From Rickettsia typhi (GTDB lineage: Bacteria; Pseudomonadota; Alphaproteobacteria; Rickettsiales; UBA1997), in assembly GCA_945862535.1 (NCBI GenBank), contig CAMAYG010000005.1, positions 19,952 through 83,951 of the forward strand: a DNA stretch of 64,000 nucleotides, given 5' to 3'. How positions within the stretch are numbered: the first letter of the stretch is position 1; each line of letters opens with the position of its first letter. Shown in pieces: positions 10,457 to 18,754 of the stretch. A program made the position numbers and the translations under genes. Below the pieces are notes generated by a model. The model had not been told where the DNA came from. It made no database searches and was given only the letters and a program-made list of their open reading frames with translations.

Positions 10457-10903
10457 TTAGTTTTTGATATATTTTATCATACATTTTGCAGCCAAGCCGA
10501 TAATCATTTTGTCTTCTAGGCTATCAAAAATTTCTTTTTTTCCGTCTTCATTTGCTTCTTCGTGACGAGATATTAAATTATATAGCTCCGCACCTATTTT
10601 AATGGTAGTGTCTTTGTCGAAATTGTCGCCATAATTGTTAGAAACGACATCCATCACCATTGTGAGCTTTTCGATTTCTTTTTTACTAAAAGTGTCGCTA
10701 GAGCCATGAGAAACAATTTTTTCTATCGGAATATTAAGAAATATAGCTATTTTGCTAATTACAGTATTAGAAATTCCGCTTCTTTGATTTTCAAAGCCAG
10801 ATAAAAGTTGCTTACTAACCCCAACAGCATTAGCGAGCTCTGACTGACCTATACCCTTCTTTTTGCGAATCTGCTTTAAGTTATTTACAGGAAATTTTGG
10901 CAT
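10457..10903 (-). CDS. XRE-family helix-turn-helix transcriptional regulator
   Basis: LKQIRKKKGIGQSELANAVGVSKQLLSGFENQRSGISNTVISKIAIFLNIPIEKI is a classic Cro/C1 HTH. The ~80-aa C-terminal domain is unrecognised. Confidence 0.8.
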   Translation of the reverse strand: MPKFPVNNLKQIRKKKGIGQSELANAVGVSKQLLSGFENQRSGISNTVISKIAIFLNIPIEKIVSHGSSDTFSKKEIEKLTMVMDVVSNNYGDNFDKDTTIKIGAELYNLISRHEEANEDGKKEIFDSLEDKMIIGLAAKCMIKYIKN

Positions 10904-11372
10904 ATTTATATGTTTAATTCAATTATTACTAACAGCTAAAATTTGATACTAGAAATCTGAATATGTAAACAACATAATGCAATCAACTAAATTTTACAAA
11001 TATGGTTAATGGTAAAATTTATCCAAGCTAACTTATTAACAAGTAGCAAAAGTAAATCGATTCAAAATGATCCGATTTATTGTGGTTTAGTTTTGGTGGG
11101 TGCCGTTGATTTAATAAGTTGATTTAATAAAGGTTATTTTGCTAACTATTTTACTGAGCTTAACAAACAACATTTACCCTATTTACTTTATTGTTTATAA
11201 CATCAGTTTTTAAATTAAGACCAATTTAACAAATGCAAAAATAGATTGCATCAATTTAATTGTCAACAATTTTACTTTGTATCATTTTGAAAATAAATTA
11301 CCCCTAATTACAAAGTAAAATTTTACTTTTTTGAGTTATTTTACCGCCAGAATAATACTAACAACTTTTTGT

Positions 11373-11930
11373 TTACCATTGTCCGGTGCCAATACGAGTG
11401 TCTGTTGAGCCACTAATACTCCATATGCCACCAATGGAATGTTTAGAAAAACTAAACCTCTCTTCCCCTGGTAAACTTGGGTTAAATCCAGCATTTTGCA
11501 AAGTTCCCAAAACAGTATGTCGACAAAAAATATGAGCTTTCCAGAATATTTTATTATAATCGTCGAAATTATTTTTGACATCTTCTCGTGAAGACCAGTT
11601 AACTTTTGACAGCTCTTTGCGATAACGGCTTTTTATTACCTGATAATTTGGGTTAGTAGAGGCAATATCTGGATCGCGGCTCCAAGTATAAAATGTTTGG
11701 TAAAATGCTCCGCCAAATTGAGTCCCCATGCCAGATTGACAGCCATGTATCCAACCCAGTGCAAAACCAGGAGAGGTATTTTTTGGCAAATGCTTAAAGG
11801 TGGCATAGCCGTATGGCTTATGCCAATTAGGAACATTGCAACCAATCAAAATTAAGAAGGAAAGCAGTAAAGGTAGATGAAAAGCTAAAAAGTTAAAAAC
11901 TTGCCTTGATTTAGAATGTAGCATATACAT
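11373..11930 (-). CDS. hypothetical lipoprotein
   Basis: It has a signal peptide with a lipobox (LSFLILIGC|N). No family was recognised. Confidence 0.5.
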   Translation of the reverse strand: MYMLHSKSRQVFNFLAFHLPLLLSFLILIGCNVPNWHKPYGYATFKHLPKNTSPGFALGWIHGCQSGMGTQFGGAFYQTFYTWSRDPDIASTNPNYQVIKSRYRKELSKVNWSSREDVKNNFDDYNKIFWKAHIFCRHTVLGTLQNAGFNPSLPGEERFSFSKHSIGGIWSISGSTDTRIGTGQW

Positions 11931-11982
11931 TATGGTTTTAAATTTTAGAACTTTAAGTGAAATAATAGCTTGAAAACTAGAA

Positions 11983-12058
11983 TGGTGGAGCTAAGGGGAC
12001 TCGAACCCCTGACCTTTTGCATGCCATGCAAACACACTACCAGCTGTGCTATAGCCCC
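11983..12058 (-). tRNA. tRNA-Ala (anticodon GGC), CCA encoded
   Basis: Folded by hand: GGGGCTA-TA-GCAC..GTGT-G-TTTGC-ATGGCAT-GCAAA-AGGTC-AGGGG-TTCGAGT-CCCCT-TAGCTCC-ACCA. The G3:U70 Ala identity pair is present. Confidence 0.9.
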
Positions 12059-12244
12059 ATAAATTAAAAAGAAATGACTGTAAATATTAAAAATCAATAA
12101 AAATATATTTTTACAAAAATAAAATACAAGTATTTAGTAAGGATTTAATAGAATCTTATTAGATGTTGGGCTTTATAAATTGTAACACCTATCTTTTAAA
12201 GCAAATTTAATATCTATTAAAACCAATAATTGCCGTTACAAGAT

Positions 12245-12895
12245 CTATTTTTTGATAAAAAAGGCGGTTTCTTTTATTCTTAAACCGCCCGGAGCAATAC
12301 CTTTAAACACCCTAAAGCTGAAACCACAACTTTCCGCTAAGGAAAAAATTTTTTTATAGCCTCCTCTTTGGCTATCATCAAGAATTATTATACCTCCTTC
12401 GGCAAGAGATTTTCGCGCCACATTGAAACATTGATAACGACAGCAAGAATCGATAATAATAATATCGAATTTACTGTTATTATTGGTTGGAATTTGCGAA
12501 TACTGAATCTTGCTTGCTTCGTCGCTGTGATTAATTGTAAAAAGCCTGTAATCAAAATTACTAATAAAATTTGCAGATAAATCGCCCTCCAAGCTTTTAT
12601 TAGCTGTATCAAATTCTTTTATTATTAACGAAGAAATAAATTTTTTCCACAAAGGATTGGTTTCAACGGAAACAAGGGTTTTTGGCCGCTGATTTAATAA
12701 AAATATTGTCGAAGCCCCAGAGCCAAATTCGAATATTCGACTATTATGGTCAATTTTTTTTAGCAAGTATTCCGTTGCTTCATAAACCATCCAAGGCAGA
12801 TATTTATTATTCTTGTCAAGAGCAAGGCCAGAACAAAAGGAGTTTTGCCAACTTTCCTTATGCAATTTAATTTGCTGAAAAACCAAATTACTCAT
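12245..12895 (-). CDS. class I SAM-dependent methyltransferase (predicted)
   Basis: It has a glycine-rich motif I (RIFEFGSGASTIFL) and downstream acidic motifs (IIIIDS, GGIIILDD). The substrate is unknown. Confidence 0.5.
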   Translation of the reverse strand: MSNLVFQQIKLHKESWQNSFCSGLALDKNNKYLPWMVYEATEYLLKKIDHNSRIFEFGSGASTIFLLNQRPKTLVSVETNPLWKKFISSLIIKEFDTANKSLEGDLSANFISNFDYRLFTINHSDEASKIQYSQIPTNNNSKFDIIIIDSCCRYQCFNVARKSLAEGGIIILDDSQRGGYKKIFSLAESCGFSFRVFKGIAPGGLRIKETAFFIKK

Positions 12896-12924
12896 CTTGC
12901 CGTTGTTAATATATTAATGACTAT

Positions 12925-14604
12925 TTAGAGATCGGGCTGGAAGCCATCTACTTTTACAAATCTCTCCTTGTTGTCGCTATAAATACCGCTATAAATCTCG
13001 AAATATTGACTGTAGCGGTCTTCGATTTTAAACAATATTTTGATGTCTTTTTTTTCCTCGTCGTGGCTTAATAGGTCCCAAATTATTGAGTGGCGATGAC
13101 CGTTTAAGAAACCAATATCAAGCTTTGATCGACGATTTATTTGCTCGTCAACTAGAGAAATTTGCCAATGATTATTGGTTAGTTTGGCAATAATGGTAAT
13201 ATCGTTAATATTAGCAAAGCCATAATCGCTTGCTATTTGGCTTTCTGGTTCAAAATTATATAAATTTAGTGCAACAACTTGGTCTTTATTTATTTTAAAT
13301 TGCCACAACTGAGTTAGTTTAAGCTGATCGATATCTTTTTTTGTCATTGATTTTTGCTTAAGCAATGCCACAATATCTTTGGCTAAATTTTGATTCTCTT
13401 GCCCTTTTTCTGCGAGTTCTTTCTGCCATTTTCCATAATTATGCCTATCTTCTAGTGTTTTAAGGCTTAGAGAAGATTTAGCACTTTCTTTTTGCCATTT
13501 GTTGATGAAAGGGCGATTGATAATTTTTGCTTCAGGAAATAATGTTGCCTGATTGATAATTGTATAAGTTGTTAGAGGCTTGTAATTACCTACTTTAATC
13601 TGATTTTTTTTAAGATAGTTTTTAGTAATTGTGGCAATGTTTTTAGCTTTAATGCCACTAGTTTTTAACGACCGAAAATCGCTCAATATTCTGGCAATTT
13701 CTGGACTTTGTTTTATCTTGTCATCTAGTGATAAAGCAATGTCTGGATTGTTTTCTAGTGCAATTTTTACAATGTCGATATTGTTTTTTATTGACGGCGG
13801 GGCTTCTGCTATTAAATTGGGGTTAGCAGATATTGCCAATTCTGCTAAATAGCGATTTTCTTGCAGATTTTTTGTTGCATAACGGTAATTTTTAGGGTTT
13901 AAAATAATCATTTCTTCCATAAAGGCAAATTGACCACAAAGGTCGTTGCCACAATAACTAAGAGCATCTGAGTCTAGAGTGGCCGCAAAAGACATGAGAT
14001 CTCGGTCGTTTCTTAATTTATTGGGCACCAATGGTAAAATTTTACTATTAAAATTTAGCAAACCCTGCACAAAGATTTGATCTTGTTGTAATTGCGGATG
14101 AATCATTGAAAAAATATTGTAATTACTAGAAACAAGCTGATGCATTAACTGCCTATTTACTTGAATACAAGGGTCTAGTTCGTTGATTTTTGCTAGATTT
14201 TGACTTATTTCTTGCACTAAAGAAGCTAGTGAGTTATCGGCAATTTCGCAAGACTCAATATAGCTAGCCTCGTCTTGGTTTTTTTCTATAATATTACTTC
14301 CCAACGATGGATTATCGGCCTTAATGGCACTTAGTGGCAAGGAAGGGCTTGCAATTTCTGCATTAGATTTGGCTAAATTAACCTGTGGCATTTGCCCAGA
14401 TAATTGCCCAGATAATTGCCCAGATAATTGACTGGGGAACTGGCCATTTTTTGGCAGGATGTTATTTTTAGCAAGATTGAGACCTGCGGGATTATTAGCA
14501 TTTGCCGATTTGCTGATTAAAAAAGCGAATAAAACAAAAAACGATAATGCTTGTAAAGTAGAAATTAAGCAAGATTTCCTAGACAATTTTAGATACAAAA
14601 ACAT
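12925..14604 (-). CDS. hypothetical secreted protein, 559 aa, with SGQL tandem repeat
   Basis: The signal peptide ends in SKSANA, followed by the repeat SQLSGQLSGQLSGQ. The middle region has repeated A(L/I)..NP....A...(I/L)K motifs, possibly DUF4116-like (unverified). The start codon lies 1 nt after the nuoK stop. Confidence 0.6.
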   Translation of the reverse strand: MFLYLKLSRKSCLISTLQALSFFVLFAFLISKSANANNPAGLNLAKNNILPKNGQFPSQLSGQLSGQLSGQMPQVNLAKSNAEIASPSLPLSAIKADNPSLGSNIIEKNQDEASYIESCEIADNSLASLVQEISQNLAKINELDPCIQVNRQLMHQLVSSNYNIFSMIHPQLQQDQIFVQGLLNFNSKILPLVPNKLRNDRDLMSFAATLDSDALSYCGNDLCGQFAFMEEMIILNPKNYRYATKNLQENRYLAELAISANPNLIAEAPPSIKNNIDIVKIALENNPDIALSLDDKIKQSPEIARILSDFRSLKTSGIKAKNIATITKNYLKKNQIKVGNYKPLTTYTIINQATLFPEAKIINRPFINKWQKESAKSSLSLKTLEDRHNYGKWQKELAEKGQENQNLAKDIVALLKQKSMTKKDIDQLKLTQLWQFKINKDQVVALNLYNFEPESQIASDYGFANINDITIIAKLTNNHWQISLVDEQINRRSKLDIGFLNGHRHSIIWDLLSHDEEKKDIKILFKIEDRYSQYFEIYSGIYSDNKERFVKVDGFQPDL

Positions 14605-14605
14605 T

Positions 14606-14929
14606 TTAACCCTTCATTCTGTTAAGACTATTAGTGTCGATATTTTGATTATTACTAAAATATATTAGTAAAATAGCCAAGCCAATAGCCGCTTCGGCAC
14701 CAGCAACACTAAGAACAAAGATGGAAAATATTTGCCCAGTAAGATCGTTGATTTGGGCAGAAAAAGCGATAAAGTTAATATTGACCGCTAGCAACATCAG
14801 TTCTATCGACATTAAAATTGCAATAATATTTTTTCTGTTAATAAAAATACTACTAAGACCAATTGTAAAGATTATCGAACTTAATAAGATAAATTTTTCA
14901 ATGCCAATTATTTGAACAGCGGAAACCAT
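14606..14929 (-). CDS. nuoK: NADH-quinone oxidoreductase subunit K
   Basis: 107 aa with 3 TM helices. ILMSIELMLLAVNINFIAFS...FVLSVAGAEAAIGLAILL is the conserved NuoK pattern. Confidence 0.9.
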   Translation of the reverse strand: MVSAVQIIGIEKFILLSSIIFTIGLSSIFINRKNIIAILMSIELMLLAVNINFIAFSAQINDLTGQIFSIFVLSVAGAEAAIGLAILLIYFSNNQNIDTNSLNRMKG

Positions 14930-14948
14930 ATATTAGATTGTTAGTTGT

Positions 14949-15593
14949 TTATAAATCAATGCCTTTGCCACTTTCAACCTTAACTAAAGAGATTGAGTCT
15001 TTAGAGCTACGATTAACTTGCGAGAAGATATTTTGCAGTTTTAGATCTTTGCGGACGGTTTTAAGGGTAAGTAAAATTGCCCCAATCATCGCCACCAATA
15101 ATATAGCCCCAACAATCTGAAAGGCAACCGCAAAATCGGTGTAAAGGATGTTACCTATCGCATCGGTGTTTTTAATATTAACATCTATTGGAAATTGATA
15201 TTCTTGCAACATTACCGCATTTCCCCTATTGCTATCGTGTTTGGCAAAATTAATTGACAAAACAAGTTCTAAGAAAAATACTACCGCAACCAAAGATAAT
15301 AGGGCAAAATGCAGTGGTTTAAGCTTTGCAAGGATTTGATTTGGCGAAATTTTGTCGGCATTTAACATCATCACAACAAATAAAAACAGAACCGCAATCG
15401 CCCCAACATAAACAATTACCAGCAACATTGCCAAGAACTCGGCCTTTAATAGCACAAATAAGAAAGAGGCATTAACAAAAGCAAATATTAGCGACAATAC
15501 CCCGTAAACACTATTTTTAAAAGATACAACCCCGATTGCCGAAACAACAAGCAAAGAGGAAAAAAGATAGAATAAGATTTCTGTATTGGTCAT
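14949..15593 (-). CDS. nuoJ: NADH-quinone oxidoreductase subunit J
   Basis: The ORF track extends to 15725 but overlaps nuoI. The ATG at 15593 (MTNTEILFYLFSSLLVVSAIGVV...) gives a NuoJ-sized protein. The conserved motif AEFLAMLLVIVYVGAIAVLFLFVVMML is present. Confidence 0.85.
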   Translation of the reverse strand: MTNTEILFYLFSSLLVVSAIGVVSFKNSVYGVLSLIFAFVNASFLFVLLKAEFLAMLLVIVYVGAIAVLFLFVVMMLNADKISPNQILAKLKPLHFALLSLVAVVFFLELVLSINFAKHDSNRGNAVMLQEYQFPIDVNIKNTDAIGNILYTDFAVAFQIVGAILLVAMIGAILLTLKTVRKDLKLQNIFSQVNRSSKDSISLVKVESGKGIDL

Positions 15594-15603
15594 ATAGATG
15601 ATG

Positions 15604-16167
15604 TTAGCGATATTTTTTATCGAGTTCGATATTGTGACGAAGTGCTTCTTCGAAGCGATCGCCATTTTCCAGTAGTTTTTCTTTGTTGTAATAAAGCTCT
15701 TGCCTAGTCTCGGTGGCAAATTCAAAATTAGGACCTTCGACTATTGCATCAACTGGGCAAGCCTCCTGACACAAACCGCAGTAAATACATTTTAGCATAT
15801 CGATGTCGTATCTTGTGGTTTTGCGAACCCCATCCGGCCTTTCTTCTGCCTCGATAGTTATTGCCTGAGCCGGGCATATTGCTTCGCATAATTTGCAGGC
15901 AATGCATCTTTCTTCGCCATTGGGGTATCTTCTAAGAGCATGTTCGCCACGAAAACGAGGGCTAATTGGGTTTTTTTCAAAGGGGTAATTGATGGTTACT
16001 TTTTTTTTAAAAAAATATCTTAGGGTCATTAAATGCCCAAAAAATATTTCTTTTAACAGGAAGGAACGACAGCCCCAGTAAAACTTCTTCCAGCAAGAAA
16101 TTTGTGCTAAAGAATTTGAGAATTTTGGTTTTTCTGAATCGCAGTGCGTTTGATTGCTTTTAATCAT
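15604..16167 (-). CDS. nuoI: NADH-quinone oxidoreductase subunit I (2x[4Fe-4S])
   Basis: Motifs are [36 protein letters not shown] and [17 protein letters not shown]. The N-terminal ~25 aa is an unusual extension. Confidence 0.9.
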   Translation of the reverse strand: MIKSNQTHCDSEKPKFSNSLAQISCWKKFYWGCRSFLLKEIFFGHLMTLRYFFKKKVTINYPFEKNPISPRFRGEHALRRYPNGEERCIACKLCEAICPAQAITIEAEERPDGVRKTTRYDIDMLKCIYCGLCQEACPVDAIVEGPNFEFATETRQELYYNKEKLLENGDRFEEALRHNIELDKKYR

Positions 16168-16182
16168 CGAATTGATATTGCA

Positions 16183-17259
16183 TTATTGATAATAAACTAC
16201 AAAAAAGGCGGTTAAAATTACACCAATTAACGAAAAAGGTAATAAAACTTTCCAACCTAATCGCATCAGCTGGTCGTAGCGATAGCGAGGCAAAGTTGCT
16301 CTAACCCAAATAAAACAAAATAATAAAAAGAATATTTTAGCAATTAACCAAAACCCGCCCGGAATAGCATTGCACAAATCGTTATCACAAATCGGCAACC
16401 AACCGCCAAGGAATAATATACTGGCAAAAGCAGAAATTAGAATCATATTGGCATATTCACCTAGAAAAAACATTGAAAAAGGCATAGAGCTATATTCAAC
16501 ATTATAGCCCGCAACAAGCTCGGACTCCGCCTCGGGCAAATCGAAAGGATGGCGGTTGGTTTCTGCTAAAGCAGAAATAAAGAAAACAATAAACATTGGA
16601 AAAAGAGGTACAACAAACCATTGATTTTGCTGGGCTTTAATGATTTCTTGCAATTGTAAAGAGCCAGTAAGTAGAATCACACAAACTATTGCCAAACCAA
16701 TAGAAACTTCGTAGGAGATCATTTGAGCAGCAGAGCGAATTGCCCCCAGAAAAGCATATTTTGAGTTACTAGCCCAGCCAGCAATGATTATTCCATAAAC
16801 CCCAAGAGAAGAGGTGGCAAGCAAATAAATAGCACCAACATTAATGTTAGCAATAACAAAATCGGCAGAAAAAGGCACTACCGCCCAACCAATTAAGGCA
16901 AGAGTAAAAGTGATGATGGGAGCAAGAATAAAAAGAACTTTATTAGCATTATATGGCAATATAACTTCTTTAAAAAGCAGTTTTAAACCATCTGCTAAGG
17001 GCTGTAACAGGCCAAACCAACCAACTACAGAAGGACCTTTCCGCATTTGCATAGCAGCAATAACCTTTCTTTCCATTAAGGTAAGGTAGGCAACAGCACC
17101 AATCAACGGTAAAATTACAATGATGATCTTGCCGACAATTGGCAAAAGAGTTCCGATAATCAACTGTAACAATTGATTATTTTCTATCAATCTTAAAAAA
17201 GACTGATTAAAAAATTCGATAAAATGGTTAGACTGCGCAGATGTTGCCATGTTGCTCAT
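16183..17259 (-). CDS. nuoH: NADH-quinone oxidoreductase subunit H
   Basis: [40 protein letters not shown] is the hallmark NuoH motif. The track ORF starts at a TTG at 17334 that lies inside a tandem repeat. ATGs at 17259 or 17250 are more plausible starts. Confidence 0.9.
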   Translation of the reverse strand: MSNMATSAQSNHFIEFFNQSFLRLIENNQLLQLIIGTLLPIVGKIIIVILPLIGAVAYLTLMERKVIAAMQMRKGPSVVGWFGLLQPLADGLKLLFKEVILPYNANKVLFILAPIITFTLALIGWAVVPFSADFVIANINVGAIYLLATSSLGVYGIIIAGWASNSKYAFLGAIRSAAQMISYEVSIGLAIVCVILLTGSLQLQEIIKAQQNQWFVVPLFPMFIVFFISALAETNRHPFDLPEAESELVAGYNVEYSSMPFSMFFLGEYANMILISAFASILFLGGWLPICDNDLCNAIPGGFWLIAKIFFLLFCFIWVRATLPRYRYDQLMRLGWKVLLPFSLIGVILTAFFVVYYQ

Positions 17260-17331
17260 GTTATAAGGGGTTGGTTTTATAAAGTTCTGTTTAATAAGAT
17301 TTTCTATGTCTAAATATGAGGTAGATTTAAC

Positions 17332-17391
17332 CAAATTCTAATCGCCCAAATTCTAATCGCCCAAATTCTAATCGCCCAAATTCTAATCGCC
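17332..17391. repeat. tandem repeat, 15 bp x 4 (CAAATTCTAATCGCC)
   Basis: I counted four exact head-to-tail copies, ~75 bp upstream of the likely nuoH start. Confidence 0.9.
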
Positions 17392-17475
17392 TTTTGATTC
17401 AGAACCTATTTTGATTCAGAACCTATTTTGATTCAGAACCTATTTTGATTCAAAACCTATTTTGATTCAAAACCT
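17392..17475. repeat. tandem repeat, 17 bp x 5 (ATTTTGATTCAGAACCT; last two copies have G>A)
   Basis: Counted directly. It abuts the 15-bp array. Confidence 0.9.
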
Positions 17476-17830
17476 TCAAAAGCGGTTGTCTGTATAATAT
17501 ACGGCTTCGTTTTTAAATATTTTATTGCAAAAATAATTGCAAAAATATTTGCTGTAATTTGTTTTAAACATAGAAAATGTTATAATTAAATATTGTGTTG
17601 CTGTTGTATTGGCAATCTTCTTAATCTAATTAATCTAAGACTTTTAAACTAAAACAGTTTTTTTAAAAGTCAAATACCTAATAACACTTCTTGCATTTAA
17701 ATTATCTTATAAAAAACAACGCATTTATGCAAAATATTTATTTCTGGTCGTGCTAAAGCAACAAATTACTATTAAATACTGCTCCACGGACATCGCCATC
17801 GCGCGAAGTTGCGAAGATCTACCTTCCGTT

Positions 17831-17935
17831 GTCATCTTCGCACAAGCTTGCGAAGATGCAGGATCTATGGCAATAAAATCAATATTAAATGGAAGTTCGC
17901 TAAAATGTCTCATTAAATCTATGGATCTTCGCAAG
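17831..17935. repeat. family-1 palindromic MITE-like element (diverged copy)
   Basis: GTCATCTTCGCACAAGCTTGCGAAGATGCAGGATC-...AATAAAATCAATATTAAAT..TTCGCTAAAATGT.. -GGATCTTCGCAAG has the same architecture and interior as the copies at 39427 and 47561. Confidence 0.7.
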
Positions 17936-18057
17936 ATTTCGCACGAAGGTGACTACGGGGGAACCGTGGATCTTCGCAAGCTTTCGCACGAAGGTGACTA
18001 CGGGGGAACCGTGGATCTTCGCAAACTTTCGCACGGAAGGATGACGGTGGAAGGTAG
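17923..18057. repeat. tandem repeat, ~45 bp x 3 (GGATCTTCGCAAGNTTTCGCACGAAGGTGACTACGGGGGAACCGT)
   Basis: The first two copies are nearly identical and the third is diverged. The unit is a variant of the family-1 hairpin. The ORFs at 17750..18112 (+) and 17900..18115 (-) merely translate it (repeated peptide DLRKLSHEGDYGGTV). Confidence 0.85.
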
Positions 18058-18317
18058 ATCCTGCAACTTTTGCGGAGGTTACGGTGTGGTTAGTGTAGCA
18101 GGAATGGGCTAACACTCATTTCTATCGGCAACAAGCGGTTGAAACAGTCTGTTGCCTTTAGAATTTTGGGAGCTGAAACCTTCTGTTGCGAAAATGAATG
18201 GGGCTAGTTTATTCCTGCTACAATCCCCACATTGTCACCTTCGCGCGAAGTTGCAGGGTCCATTGATTTTATTACCATCATCGCGCAACTTCGTGGCGAG
18301 GTTACGACAGAAGGGAG

Positions 18318-18432
18318 ATCGTGCTAACGCAACACATTATTATTTCTGGTCGTGCTAACGCAACACATTATTATTTGTTTCTGGTCGTGCTAACGCAACA
18401 CATTATTATTTCTGGTCGTGCTAACGCAACGA
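18318..18432. repeat. tandem repeat, 31-35 bp x ~3.5 (CTGGTCGTGCTAACGCAACACATTATTATTT)
   Basis: Counted directly. A single diverged copy (TTCTGGTCGTGCTAAAGCAACAAATTACTATT) sits at ~17741-17775, so the unit brackets the whole 17.74-18.43 kb repeat block. Confidence 0.85.
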
Positions 18433-18464
18433 CACTCTAATGTATTTTTCATAATTTCTATAAA

Positions 18465-18728
18465 TTAAAAAGTTATGACTTCGATTATTTTCTTTGGCAA
18501 TAGCTTCCCGCTAATTATCTTAATTTGCCTTGGTTTAACTGCAAAATATTCGGCAAGAAGATTGACGAGAGCATTATTAGCTTTGCCATTTTCTCTTGGC
18601 AAATTTACTTTTGCTTTAATAGACCTAAAGCCAAAAAGATCGGTTTCGTCGCTAACAATCTTATTAGCCGAGGAATTGGCAACAACCGATACCGAAACTA
18701 TGAATTTTTTTAACTCAACCTTATTCAT
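18465..18728 (-). CDS. DUF167/YggU-family small protein
   Basis: 87 aa. ...KAKVNLPRENGKANNALVNLLAEYFAVKPRQIKIISGKLLPKKIIEV matches the (P.)GKAN.AL..FLA..F.V....V.I..G..S..K pattern of the family. Confidence 0.6.
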   Translation of the reverse strand: MNKVELKKFIVSVSVVANSSANKIVSDETDLFGFRSIKAKVNLPRENGKANNALVNLLAEYFAVKPRQIKIISGKLLPKKIIEVITF

Positions 18729-18754
18729 TGCAAATATTACACTACACTATGACA

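Noticed and set aside
11310-11336. Perfect 18-bp palindrome AAAGTAAAATTTTACTTT followed by a T-run, considered as a rho-independent terminator downstream of the lipoprotein gene.
   Set aside because: The stem is almost entirely A:T pairs (only 2 of the 9 are G:C) and would be very weak. The T-run is on the plus strand while the adjacent gene is on the minus strand.
9000-11400. Intact prophage or ICE.
   Set aside because: No integrase, capsid, tail, terminase or conjugation genes are present. Only an XRE regulator and fragments remain, so it is reported as a degraded tract and not as a mobile element.
17750-18112. ORF-track 'proteins' lying inside the repeat blocks: 17725..17934, 17750..18112, 17900..18115, 18152..18358, 39500..39685, 39531..39749, 40177..40431, 40232..40417, 42576..42818, 47479..48282 (six ORFs) and 9774..9998.
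   Set aside because: They overlap one another on both strands. They consist of repeated pseudo-peptides generated by the hairpin and tandem repeats (e.g. DLRKLSHEGDYGGTV x3, SSCAKSQDL, VILREVAGS). They lack start contexts and are GC-rich repeat translation artefacts.
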